DNA of 57,155 nt from Catajapyx aquilonaris (taxonomy: Eukaryota): contig KZ538636.1 in NCBI GenBank assembly GCA_000934665.2, positions 1 to 57,155 on the forward strand, read 5' to 3'. Under the pieces are notes generated by a model. That model worked only from the letters and a program-made list of their open reading frames with translations. It was not told the origin of the DNA and searched no databases. The position numbers and the translations under genes were made by a program. This document shows positions 1 to 11,295 of this stretch, in pieces; the stretch's first letter is position 1; each line of letters begins with the position of its first letter.

Positions 1-1525
1 TAGCTCTGCTTTTGATTATGACGCACTGCCCCCATCGCAGCAGAAATATAATTGCATGCAGGAATTGGATGGGGGGGATGCACTTACCCCGGGTGCCAGG
101 GGAAGTGCACACCTCATGCATTGTTCCGCATGATTGTTGCTACCTTGGAAGCACTTCGTTATGAACCATTCTCCTTCTATCAGTGTCTTAGTAATGGACA
201 GGAGTAACTGCAGGCAAAATTTCATTCAGAAACAAGGAACAGGTGGGATGCGATAGATGATTTAAAGTGATCTATTACAAAACAGGGGTGCACTTCCCCC
301 ACTTTACCTTATTTTAAAAGCAGTCTATAGAGTATAGATTATAGAATATAGTAATCACCCCCTGGAAATCAAGGAAGCCAGTTATGCAATGGAAACCAAT
401 ATTTGGCAGCATCATAATTGGCAATAATCAGCCTGCAGGATAGAATCCTTTCCTCTCATGCTCCGACCAGGCAAGTGATGTCTGTGACATGAAGTAGTGG
501 GCTTTTGAATTTTTTTCAACCATATGTTGTTGTTATTTATGATAGTCACTCCTGCTGGAATGCTAATCCTAAGGTGACTGCGCAAATTCAGGATGGTCCA
601 GCAGGACAGGAGCACTACATAGAAATTCTGCTTATTTATCTGCTTTCCAGTAAGCAGAAAATATTTAGTTGGTAAGAACTGTAATTGTGAAAGTAAGTCC
701 CTTACTCCCTTTGTGCCTGAGTTGTCTGAGATGACAAAACATGGTGTCCAAAAAAATGATACTGTTCCAACCTCTCTCTGTACAATATGCCTAAGGCCAA
801 GTATAAAGGCAAATATTAAAGAAAAATCTCTGATGAGGTATAATATCCACCATACATCACCAACGATTTTTGCTTAGTGTGACTTGATACAATGGGGTGT
901 AAGTGGAAAATCTGTGGTCACCATGACTTTTTTAAAGGTCACACAATCAGGTGTGAAGAGTGTACAGTTACTCTCAACTATTAAAAATAACCAAATATTT
1001 TTTGTTTAGAAAGCAGCTAAATCAGGACAACTTTTGTGGGTGTTGTTCTTATTAGACCATCCTGTACATGTGAACTGCTATGAGAATGAGATGCATTTGA
1101 AAATGTGCCACCCGCTGTCTCATCCCATTGTATCCCACCTGCCCCTATTCCTGAAAAGTCGTGATGTCATGCTTCTTACGCTTAACACTTGTATTCAATG
1201 CGGAATACCAGTCTTTCCGATCTCTACTACTAGTTATATCATCCTTCTAGAATATCTAGATTGAATGACAACCTAATATTAGAAGTGAATATTTTTGAAA
1301 GCCTCTAAAAGAAACTGCTTGAAAATGAACTGCCTAGTGTCAAAAAATCACTAAGCACTGTGGACACTTCAATCGAACCCATATCTCTCGAGGGAGTTTT
1401 CAAAATAATGACGTGAGAGTGAAAAAAATATATGGCGTAGTTGATGAATGGACCACACTTTGCAGGTGGATGCAGGTGGATGCAATGAGCTGCTACTATC
1501 AAACAGCAGGTTTTGTTGTACGCAC

Positions 1526-1704
1526 CTCTGCGCTGTCCGGATGTGGGGGATCATCACTTGCTGACTGACGTCTGGCCTCCTGCAGCATCTTTTCGAATTT
1601 AGCCCTTTCTGCAGCAGCAACTTCCATTGCTTTGCTCTCCGCTGCTGCTGCTGCCCGCTGCATATCTACCAGAGCTTGTCGCTTCACCTCATTAACTGCT
1701 TCTT
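1526..1704 (-). CDS. nvy: nervy/MTG exon: NHR3 domain; CDS continues to an NHR4/MYND exon not seen in this window
   Basis: Acceptor ctcttttcatatag| and donor GAG|gtgcgt; 179 nt, phase 1-0. EEAVNEVKRQALVDMQRAAAAAESKAMEVAAAERAKFEKMLQEARRQ...DSAE matches MTG NHR3 EEAVNEVKRQAMTELQKAVSEAERKA...DSSE, after which the MYND exon normally follows. Confidence 0.96.
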
Positions 1705-1872
1705 CTATATGAAAAGAGGAGTTAAAATTGCATAGATAGCTATACATATCGGCACTCCCACACGTGTCATAATGTAATTGGCAATAATTATAGGTCAGCA
1801 GAAGCATGCAAAGGAGAGTACCTGAAACATGATCAAATACTGTAAGTACTACTTGCAAATAAATAAGCCAAC

Positions 1873-2104
1873 CTGCTCTACGCTTGACTTCTGCAACCTT
1901 CTCCTCTGTGACACGAACAGTTTGAGCCATGATTTCCCCTATCTGTCTCTTGAACTCCTGCTCATGATGTGTACCGCAGGGATCTTGGGGATGACGACGC
2001 AGCCATCCAGTAAACTGCAACTCAGCTTCATTGCTGGAGCGTTGCTGCAAGATGTGTAGTGCTCGCTTAGTCTTCTCCACCATGCCCATGATGCAGTTCA
2101 GCAT
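1873..2104 (-). CDS. nvy: nervy/MTG exon: NHR2 core and lead-in to NHR3
   Basis: Acceptor cacttttcag| and donor GCAG|gttggc; 232 nt, phase 0-1. MLNCIMGMVEKTKRALHILQQRS is the NHR2 signature; MAQTVRVTEEKVAEVKRRA resembles the arthropod nervy form. Confidence 0.96.
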
Positions 2105-2171
2105 CTGAAAAGTGTTTTAGTTATACACTAGGCCAAAGATGATTACCCACACTGCAGCACCAATAACTGAC

Positions 2172-2436
2172 CAACTGTATATTGTTCCACTCCTCATCAA
2201 GTCGGCGGTCTTCAGGATCCCGAGCAGAAGCTGCCGTATCCCTGGCAGGAGCTATGGCATAAGGCGACTGTGCATTTGGAAAAGGACATGGGCCATGACA
2301 AGGTGGCTCTGGGGGCACAGGAGGGGCGCAAGCTCCCACCCCCATGCCCATGGGTCCCAGATTCAGACCCAAATATCCTCCATGGTGCCTCTTTGGAGCT
2401 GGCACATATTCACTACTCTCTCCATTTTCATATACA
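2172..2436 (-). CDS. nvy: nervy/MTG exon: Pro-rich linker and start of NHR2 oligomerisation domain
   Basis: Acceptor ctcatttcag| and donor TTG|gtcagt; 265 nt, phase 2-0. VYENGESSEYVPAPKRHH...EDRRLDEEWNNIQL (compare MTG EEWKHLDH at the same exon end). Confidence 0.92.
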
Positions 2437-3230
2437 CTGAAATGAGTATAACAAACGCATCATTATATGGTCTAGTTCATCTACAGTTTAGCATCACAGA
2501 TGTAAAAATTAAGTATGCAATAGGAAAAGATGTTTAAATAACACTGATACATTTCATCTCCCCATCACTCTTGCAATGACCATACTTGAGAGTGACGCAA
2601 GTGTTCCACACCTTTATAAAACGTTTCTTCACTCCAATAAATTGTAATGCTGCACCAGATAACCACTCTGATGTACTTTGTACCAACTTAGTCTTCCGCA
2701 GTTGATGCGGGATGCTCTGTGCATGTTTACTACTATTCAAAAATGGAGTAACCTATAGTGCAGGATCGTAGACCCTTATGTTTGTTGCGAGTATGGCACT
2801 ATAGTGGTTATGACTATATAGAGGAGTGGTGTAGGTGCAGGAAGGAGGTGGGTGGAAGGCGGGGGAAGCCCCGCCTAGTCAGAGAAGAAGAAAGTTGGGC
2901 AGATGCGGGCCTTCCTCTTCTGCACTTGGCAAGTCCTTTGTGACTCCCATTCCTCTCGCAATAATTCCGGCTCTTTGTGCCCGCATGCTCCAGTCCACCA
3001 AGTTTTTCCACAGGCCGATTGAGTAGGGGGTGGGACGGGATTGGGGGTGGGAGGGATGGGGGGGTGGAAGCCTATGGGGGTTCCTTCTCTTAGACACTCC
3101 ACACGGCCCATACAGGTACTCCAAGAGAATTTCACCCCTCCATGCCAATCGTGGCGGATCCCAAACATGTCGATCGTGAGAGGTGTGTGCACGCAACCGA
3201 TTTGGACTACAACTAGGATAAAATATCCCC

Positions 3231-3309
3231 AAGAAAGAGGAATCATTGTTAGAGAAACACGTGACGCCAAACGCGTCACGTGTTTCTCTAACAAGGATTC
3301 CTCTTTCTT
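3231..3309. repeat. near-perfect intronic inverted repeat (37-bp arms, 5-nt loop)
   Basis: aagaaagaggaatcattgttagagaaacacgtgacgc-caaac-gcgtcacgtgtttctctaacaaggattcctctttctt; 36/37 positions pair. Confidence 0.95.
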
Positions 3310-3741
3310 TGCGTTTGACAATATATTAGAGTGGCTGAAGTAAAGCAGGAAATACATTTGCTTAGGTTCAATGTTTATTTCGAATGCCTACTGCCAATTT
3401 TCACTGAATTAATGCTGCTGCTGTGTGTGCGTTAACGAGTTTGTATATATTTCTTCTATACCCAGGTACTTGCAAGATTCTTAAGCCAGTGATTTTAACA
3501 CTAGCCAAAATGGTTCCGCTTGATATTAAAATGTAATAACTACGAAAGTACAAATAATGTTTTCTGCATTTTCCTTTATTTCGTGATTTTTATTTGAGTT
3601 TGGTACCCATCTTCACACATCTATTTGTATTTTGTCAATTTATCCTGCATATTATCATACAAAATAGCTTAAATAGCGTTAAGTTTAAAAAGCACCGACG
3701 GAATAATTTGTCACTGGTCTTACTGCATGTCCAGCTTCATT

Positions 3742-4022
3742 TTTTATTTATTTTTTATTTATGTATACCCCATTGGGAGAATCGCCGCTCCATTAGGGGG
3801 TGGGGGTGGAGTACCACCATTGGATGGGGCCACGGATAGGGAAGGAAGGAAGCGGCTGTGGCCTATTATACGGAAGCGACCCCGGAATTATCCTGCAGGG
3901 ACCGTGGAAAACCACGGAAAACCACATAAAACGATCAGGATCGCCGGCCCCGGGAATCGAACCCAGGCCCTCCCGATTAGCAGTCGCACTCCTTAACCAC
4001 TCCACCAACCTGCTTCGGTCAT
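3742..4022 (-). mobile_element. tRNA-derived SINE, family A, tail type 1
   Basis: Pol III A box (TGGTGGAGTGG) and B box (GGTTCGATTCCC); body shared with the copies at 12.2, 29.9 and 34.1 kb; (TAAA)-rich tail; 15-bp TSD atgtccagcttcatt at 3727-3741 and 4023-4037. Confidence 0.93.
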
Positions 4023-4505
4023 ATGTCCAGCTTCATTGTTTGCAACGAAGTCAACATAAGCCGTGATCGAGTAGGTGAGCTGGCTTAATATTTTCACCCA
4101 ATGTTTGAAAAATCGGCTCAGAAGTGCTATTATAATATATTCGACTTATTCCAGCACGTGTCTATACTGTATTTAAAAAAATAAAAGTTTCCAACGATAA
4201 TAAAGGAACTAATGTATTACTGTCCATTATGTTACTCTACTACTTCTTCCCATATCTCATGCAGAATGCTACAATGGGAAAAATTAAAGTTGCCTATTAG
4301 ATAAAGACTTGTTTGACTTCGATCTAGGTAACGCTTATCAGTAACCTTTTACCCCATTTACCCCACCTTATTATTTTCCAGTAAAAGTATTGTGCCTACT
4401 GCCATACTTATACTGTACTAACATTTTGTAAGCGAAAAAAACCAGCGCATGGGAGCAATGTAGGATCTGCCGTGAACCAAAAGTGAAACTCTGTATTTTT
4501 CTAAC

Positions 4506-4687
4506 CTGTCTTGAGGGCGGCGCTTTCCTCCAGGGACCAAGTTTCCATTGGTTCCAGAAGAGGTGCTGCAAGAGGCGCCATTGCCATTATGGGTAGGTTC
4601 AGCATTGAATATCTCTCCTGGTTCTCCAGGGCCATATCCGGGGTCCAACAGGGTTCCTTCATGCTGCTTTATGTACTGAAGAGGCGA
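4506..4687 (-). CDS. nvy: nervy/MTG exon following NHR1, containing the KRR nuclear-localisation-type motif
   Basis: Acceptor gtgtttatcctag| and donor GACAG|gttaga; 182 nt, phase 0-2. SPLQYIKQHEGTLLDPG...GGKRRPQD corresponds to MTG8 NPAQYLAQHEQLLLD...NGKRRTPDR. Confidence 0.92.
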
Positions 4688-6857
4688 CTAGGATAAACAC
4701 AACAATGCAATATTACTGACATTGGCCACAAACAAGAAAGACAAGTGCAACCAAATTCAGGGAATCATTGAACTCCGTCTCTTGCTCCATCGACCTTGAA
4801 TTTTCTCTTACGCCTGATACCTTCACTCCCGGTACGACAAGGGTGCGGTTGCATACAAGCCAGGATAACTCCTCGCGGCGCGGTGCGGCGCGGCGAGGCA
4901 TAGCCTACGGCTTTTGGCAATTGGATGACCCTTTACAACCATGGCGACTTGTGTGCCTGTGCAACAGGCACATTCCTTACGAACGAACGCTATAAATGGC
5001 TGACATAATGTCCGTGCAAGTTACCAACAAATCCACGGCCATACTCTGCCATCAATGCCCTACATTACTGAAAAAACTTCCGCCTAACAATGATGAGGTA
5101 TAGCAGACTAAGAACTGCTGTTATTGAAAATCTAGAGCAAAGACACCAGTAATCGAATGATTGGTTTTAAAGCTGGCCACTATATTCTGGGATTAAAATA
5201 GCGACTTTAAACATAACTTTCCACTAGTGACACCATTCAATGTACCGGCGCACCATGCACTCGACCCATTTTAAAGCTTCCTTCATACAGTGTCTCTAGC
5301 CACAAATTCAACTTTTCTCACACCTTACGTGACCAAAAGAAGACTCAAAAAAGCCCTCTTGGTAGCAGGCTGAAAAGGAAATGGCGCCTGAGAAACTGAC
5401 AGATGAGACGATGAAAAGCAGGGGAAGGGGCGGAAGAAAAACTTGCAGTCTTTCCATACCCGTAGAGTTTACGCTGGCAAGCAAGGTGCTTCTGTGAGGT
5501 TATTACTTTGTAATCTGGTAGGTCTTGTCTCCTTTTCTGTGCAGCTCATATCTCCCCTGGAACCAAATCCCTGGGAATCTGGCCATCCCTCGCGATCGGG
5601 ACGCTCCCTTTAAATCACCCTGTGAAACCATATCCTGGGAACAACACCACCTTGCGGCTGGAGGACCAACCCTTTTAAGGAATGGAAACGAAAGCGCCTG
5701 GAGCACACGGATTTTTTTCCCCTTTTTCTCCCCCCTTCCTCATTCCTGCTATTTTCATGCAGCTTCCCTTGCAAGTTCGCAATCAAGTTCAGATTTGCAG
5801 TTAATTATGCAAAAGTTTTAAATTAGTTGATCCATAGTGTCCAGATATAAAGCGGTACCCGTATATGCTGTGGTGAAGGAGAAAAGTTACCGGAGGTGGA
5901 AAAGTATCGCACGAAAATATTTTGTGACATTAGAGGAGGAGAATACTGTGTATTCTGAAACAGTGGCCATAACAGATGTACATGAAGATATTGGGAGGGG
6001 AAACGTGCTAACAAAGTTGATCGTCCGCAAACTTGACAAAGTATGATCCAAAGCGGCCCTAAAAGCAGAGTAATTGCCATAAGAGCGGTGTCACAGCATC
6101 ATGATAAATAATCATGGCGAGATATTTAAATGCTTTCTCACAAGCAAGGAAATGCAGCTGCAAGGTAAATAATATCAAGTTAGTGTCTTTTGATAACATT
6201 ACTAATACCATGCAGTTTATCACTGTATAAGCTGCGGGACACGTTGCCCAAAAACGCCTGCTATAAATATGTCACAATTTTACTGACTCGTCAGAACTAT
6301 TCGAAGCCCTACTCTCCGATTGAAAATCGTCCCAGGTAGTGCGATGCTGCGAATTCACCGCATGATCTACATGACACGGCCACACTACCCCTCAAAACTA
6401 TCGAACTCAGCAAAAGAACCCATACACCATACATCATCTTTTCAGGAAACGGAAAGAAAAAGAGAAAAGGCTGGGAAAAAAGGAGCAAGCTCCATCCAGC
6501 CCTACTGGCGAACTATATAATAACTCCATCGACTAGTGTAGGAATCGGGACAGTGTTGGCCGTCACGGGAAACCCGAGGGAAGGTGGCCAGGTGCGGCGC
6601 CAACTCCCCCGTCTCTGAATTATCCAGGAGGAAGGCGGGACGCACGTCTGGCAACGGAAGCCTTATCAATAACCGAGTGGTGCCACTAGGAGCGCTCGTG
6701 CCATGAGGGAGTTGGAAGAAGAAAAAGTAAGGTGGTATGTGTTTGGGAGGGGTGGTAGGTGTGGGAGTGGGCGGAGAGAGAGATAAAAAGAAAGTTTGGA
6801 AAATATCTGGGATACCTAGGTGATAAGCAGGTGCCAAGTGTTCTGGAGGATACTTAC

Positions 6858-7004
6858 CATTTTGGCCACCCGGGCGCAATGTGTAATTTCTTTCACCAGG
6901 GGCGGCAGATGCGCGTGGACGAAGGGCATAACGAAGGGACGAAGAGGGTAGTTGGTCACCTCTTCCAGCGAACGGTGGAAGTCATCCGGAGTCAGGTGTC
7001 CGCT
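6858..7004 (-). CDS. nvy: nervy/MTG exon, second half of NHR1/TAFH domain
   Basis: Acceptor ttctcccag| and donor ATG|gtaagt; 147 nt, phase 0-0. [49 protein letters not shown] matches the TAFH signature [40 protein letters not shown]. Confidence 0.96.
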
Positions 7005-7130
7005 CTGGGAGAATCGCATTGTCAAAAAAGAGCCAGCGCAATGGCAGGAAAGCCATCCACACCGCCGGTAGATGGAGCTTCAATAAGCCCATCTACCGAC
7101 CTATTGGTGCGAGTGCTTCCATCGACTTAC

Positions 7131-7540
7131 CAGTAGGCTGAAGATGATGGCCCTGATGCGTTCACTGGTCTCGGCGCCAAGGCCTCGTCCAATCTGAATG
7201 ACGGAACCCAGAAACTTTTTCATCTTGCTGGTGCTCTGTCTACAAGCTAAGGCGGGCAGAGGAGGCGGGCCGCCTTCCACTGGATGGCCTCCTGACGGTG
7301 GTGGGGCATATGGTGGAGACGGTGTGCCCCCATTGACAGTGGCGTGAGGTGAGAACCCACCGCTGGGGGCCCCTGAATTGGAGTTGCCACTGCCACTGGC
7401 AACCACACCGGTGCTGCCGTTCAGGCTTGCAAACGGAGGTGAAGACGATGACGAGGGTTTGGACGCGGAGTTAGAAGTCGATGGATTTTGTTTTCCAGAT
7501 CCCTCGGAACTTTCCGAAGTCTTCCTGGTGTCCCTGGACG
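7131..7540 (-). CDS. nvy: nervy/MTG (ETO family) corepressor, first visible coding exon: Ser/Pro-rich N-terminal region and first half of NHR1/TAFH
   Basis: Acceptor ...tttttgtgatttacag| at 7541 and donor CTG|gtaagt at 7130; 410 nt, phase 1 to phase 0. Ends ...CRQSTSKMKKFLGSVIQIGRGLGAETSERIRAIIFSLL, which aligns by eye to MTG8 NHR1 [37 protein letters not shown] with the same intron position. Confidence 0.92.
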
Positions 7541-7796
7541 CTGTAAATCACAAAAAATTGTATTGAACATGTGGCAGTTATTTTACTGATAACGTTAGCG
7601 TTAAAGAGAAACAGGCCAGAAAATGATGATGAGCATATATTGGACAAATGCCAACACCACCTCTACCTACCACCTGCACAATGATATTAAAATATACAAT
7701 AATAATTCAGCATGACACCTGGTGGGATACAACGAATACAGCGTAAAATCACTGACCTCGCCTTGACCACTTTGAGTAATAGTCTCACAACCAATT

Positions 7797-8277
7797 AAGT
7801 AACTCTTCTTACCCTCCTGAATTTTGAAAAGTTTTGGATTTTCTACTTCTGCTTGGCCTATAGTGTTGAGAAAACATCATCTCCGCTGCTAATTTCCACA
7901 TTAGCAGGGTGAAAATACAGCCAAAAGGCGATATTCCTAAGCCACAACACCTGCATCCGGTCGCGAGTCGCCGGTCCCGGCTGCCCGGTCGCGGGCACCT
8001 TTCACCGCGCTTTCACCGCTTTCAGCGCGAGATGACAATTCTCCTTCGCAGCACCGGAGAGAGCTACAGACACGGTGACAGGCGACCGCGACCGGGCACC
8101 CGGGACAGGCTACTCGCGACCGGATGCAGGTGTTGTGGCTTCGGAACATCGCATTTTGGCTGTATTTTCATCCTACTAACGTGGAAATTAGCAGCTGAGA
8201 CTCTCAACACTATAGGCCAAGCAGAATTATAAAATAATAAAAAAAATCGAAATTCAGGAGGGCAAGAAGAGTTACTT
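7797..8277. mobile_element. fold-back MITE (non-autonomous DNA transposon) with ~210-bp imperfect inverted arms
   Basis: aagtaactcttcttaccctcctgaattt...aaattcaggagggcaagaagagttactt termini; arms pair inward through ttggcctatagtgttgaga/tctcaacactataggccaa and cacctgcatccggtcgcgagt/actcgcgaccggatgcaggtg. TTAA on the left and TTTA on the right overlap the ends (possible TTAA target, Kolobok/piggyBac-like; superfamily uncertain). Confidence 0.85.
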
Positions 8278-8612
8278 TAGTTGTCAGTCATATTTTTAAA
8301 GGCACGACTAATCTGTTAGTTTTTGGAGAGGGATCTGGGGATCACTAGCTTCAACGTGAAACCTACTTCAAGATATGCAAAGTTGAAACTCATAATGTTA
8401 TACTCCAATCCTGATAGAGAACATGACCTCTTTAAAAATAACTATTGAGATAGATTCTATCATCAGTGTAATTGTGACATGGTATGTATAATGCAGAGGA
8501 CCTCCTGTATGATGACAATTCGTGGTAAGGTAAGAAAGAATCAACCATTGGCAAGAGGTACTGAGCCATTATGAGTTTAATGATATTGATAACCACGAAC
8601 ACAAGCACAGCA

Positions 8613-8614
<2 letters not shown>

Positions 8615-8688
<74 letters not shown>
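8615..8688. repeat. (AAT)n microsatellite
   Basis: Uninterrupted AAT run; source of the spurious poly-Tyr ORF. Confidence 0.98.
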
Positions 8689-8689
<1 letters not shown>

Positions 8690-8811
8690 GCGACGACGCG
8701 ACGCGACGGTGGTGGTGGCTATGATTTGCTTTAGCATATTTCGAAAAAATTCAATAGTATGAAGAATCAACGCAATTCACTTTTTAAATTTAACATCCTT
8801 CCTTAAGTACA

Positions 8812-9054
8812 TCTATATAAATAAAGCCGTTTGTGAGTCTGCCTGTCTGTCCGCCTGCCAACCGGTGTTGGGGGTTGACTACAGATGGCAGGCAAATGAC
8901 GGTTGCCGTTATACAGGCGGGAGAGGTTGAAGTAGCACGACCACAGATGGCATTGGTGGGCGGACACACAGAAAGACAGACAGTTGACGGGGCTACTGGC
9001 AGGTGATTTCCCTTCATTCATTTCTTCCCGGGCAACGCCGGGTGCCGCAGCTAG
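8812..9054 (+). mobile_element. non-autonomous Helitron
   Basis: Inserted between A and T, starts TC(TATATAAATAAAG), has (CTGT)-like simple sequence near the 5' end, a subterminal hairpin CCCGGGCAACGCCGGG and a CTAG 3' end; no TSD. Confidence 0.88.
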
Positions 9055-11258
9055 TATTGTAATATTATTGGCGGGAAGGAGCTTGCTTACCAAATGTTCT
9101 AGTTTCAGAACTAAAACGACGCCACCTCCTCGTAATATTTCAATCGTCCTAGTCTCCAGACAACCAACTCTATGCATAGTTGAGAGAAATAAAATAACTT
9201 TTATACCCGCATAAACTAATACAGTAGTCTAGGTAACAGATAGGCTACCAGTAATCAACAAACTCCGAAACATTTGACCCAAACAGACATGTCTTTAAAA
9301 GTTTTATCCTCGAAGTTGATCGCGACCTCTGGCAGCTATAGGCATTGCGCTTAAGAGGTAGGTAGGCGTGGAAGCGCTATAAAGTTTGATATTATCGGAT
9401 TTGGTTGGGTGGACGGTGGGTGGGCTGGGTGGGTGGGTTAGGGGGTAGGTCTGCTGGCCCCAAAAGTCGCATAAGGCTTCACGTCAGAATGTGGACCGCA
9501 AGCAATAGGCGGTGGGGAAGAGCACGTGGCGCCCAATCCAATGTGGCTGGCCAAGGGAATCAGAGGCCCTCCGTAGTCATGACATCGGCACCGGTCACCA
9601 CTCTTCCTCCAACCCACCCCACCCACCCCTTCGTGGCACATGTTGCGGCCTGGACCCCATGGAAAATCGAAGGGGGCTAAAACCCTGCTTGTGCTGCCTG
9701 CCAGCCTGCTAGCTGCAATATCGGAGAAGCCTTTGCCTAAGACCACCAGCCTCAATCGAAACTGGGTGGCTGCTGGATGGGAGGAAGGGGTGAGGACTCC
9801 TTGGATGCCAGTACACGACGTATCGTTCTGATGTATTGTGCAGATGTCCGCCAAATTAGGCACCCACCCCGCTATATATATGGATTGCCACATTTCTTGC
9901 ACACTGCCCAATAATGCAATTCTGCTGCAGTACTACGGAATTCATCAGTCAGCTAGAGCACAGTTGCATGCATACTTCGACATATCTCCAGCTGCTAGTA
10001 AATAAATGAATCGAGCATGAACCCCCCTGTGAGGATTAATAAAAAATGGCTCGGAGATGCCACATGACAGGAGACACTTGCGCTGGAGAGGTTTTGGCAT
10101 CTGTCAATTGTGGACGCATCTGGAGTCCACTGAGATCCAAGGATGGATCGATCAGCTGATGAGCTCCCTGTCATCTCCACCGGGAGATTCTCCAAGATTA
10201 AGCCTGCTTTGAGCCTCTTTTTATCCACCTTGCAGTTTATTACGGAGCAGGTGTAAGCCATTCCAGTATCGAATTCAAATGCAAATATTCTATTAAAACG
10301 AGATACCTACACAAAAAGCAGTGACATAACTTGTCCTCACTGGAACACCCTATTTAAGCTAACTTTTGGGTCACACTCGTATTATACAGTACAATGCTGA
10401 GACATTTTTGCTTCGGTACGCGCGTTATTGGTAGGTCAGTTTGGTAGAGAAGTGATGGTGACGCAATTTTTTTCTTCTGCATAAGGGACAAAAAAAGCCT
10501 CTGTGCAGTCATTGGCGAGGCCTGAGAAGCGTTTGTCTGAACCCGTTACCAAAGTTACACTACTAGCTAACTTCGTCGCCAAGAACGTGCCGAAATGTTG
10601 AAAAAGTTATTATCTGAAGTTCTACAAAAACAACCTCGGTCTAACCTTTCATTATGCCCTTTACATAATTTTCAATTAGGCCTAATTCAAATACTACGCA
10701 ACAGTCACGTTATTACGGTACAACAACCTCATTATTGATATAATTATTGTCGGCTTGTAGTTGGTTGTGGAGCAAAAGTCAGGACAAGGTGTTCATTCCC
10801 TTTCCGCTATCATGTCCTTTGCGCCATTATCACTGCAGCAGGCATGTAACACACAATAGTAGTAGAGAGCTGTAACGATTTGTAAACTTGCCATTACAAG
10901 GATGATTTGAAATTCATGTGCAGCCTGACATGATCCAAGCCCTCAGTACTGACTTGCGGAGCAGATACAGGTATCGATTCCCTATAGTTTGCACTCTCCT
11001 TACTCCTGCTTCTAGTCAACTTCTTCTATTTTCTTCACCTCTTGCACTTTTCACCACTGCTCATTTTTTACAAGGTGAAATATTCACACGGCAATTAACT
11101 TTGAAAATTTAGAGAGAGAAAAAACAGTATTTTGGATATGAGTTAAATGTACATCAAACAACTATTTAGCCTGTTTTAAAATAGTAAAACGTAGAGTAAA
11201 TTTAATAAAAATCACACGTTTGTTTATGATACGTATTTTTTGTTCATTTTGCACTTAC

Positions 11259-11295
11259 GTAACAACGTACTAGAAAAAACTGCAACACATACCAT
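11259..11295 (-). CDS. candidate first coding exon of the nervy-family gene (MVCVAVFSSTLL)
   Basis: AAAAAATGG start context, 12 codons plus 1 nt, then donor TAC|gtaagt. Phase 1 matches the phase-1 acceptor at 7540. TATAAAG on the minus strand at 11433-11439. No homology support, and upstream out-of-frame ATGs and a competing ATG|gtatgt donor exist. Confidence 0.3.

Noticed and set aside
412..615. ORF starting LLSCW as the MYND exon
   Set aside because: Lacks the CxxC...CxxC...YC...CQ...H..C pattern, and the nearby acceptor is not in the required frame.
1499..2104. 201-aa ORF as a single-exon gene
   Set aside because: It is two nervy exons joined through a stop-free intron; canonical splice sites restore the family alignment.
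3945..4020. tRNA-like sequences with a GCT anticodon loop (also at 12.19, 29.89 and 34.13 kb) as real tRNA-Ser genes
   Set aside because: No proper acceptor stem or long variable arm; each continues into a shared repeat body with a tail and TSD, so they are SINE heads.
8432..8770. Poly-Tyr, poly-Asn and poly-Leu ORFs (also 12121-12549, 12254-12538, 21184-21541, 19417-19726)
   Set aside because: Translations of (AAT)n or AAAT microsatellites.
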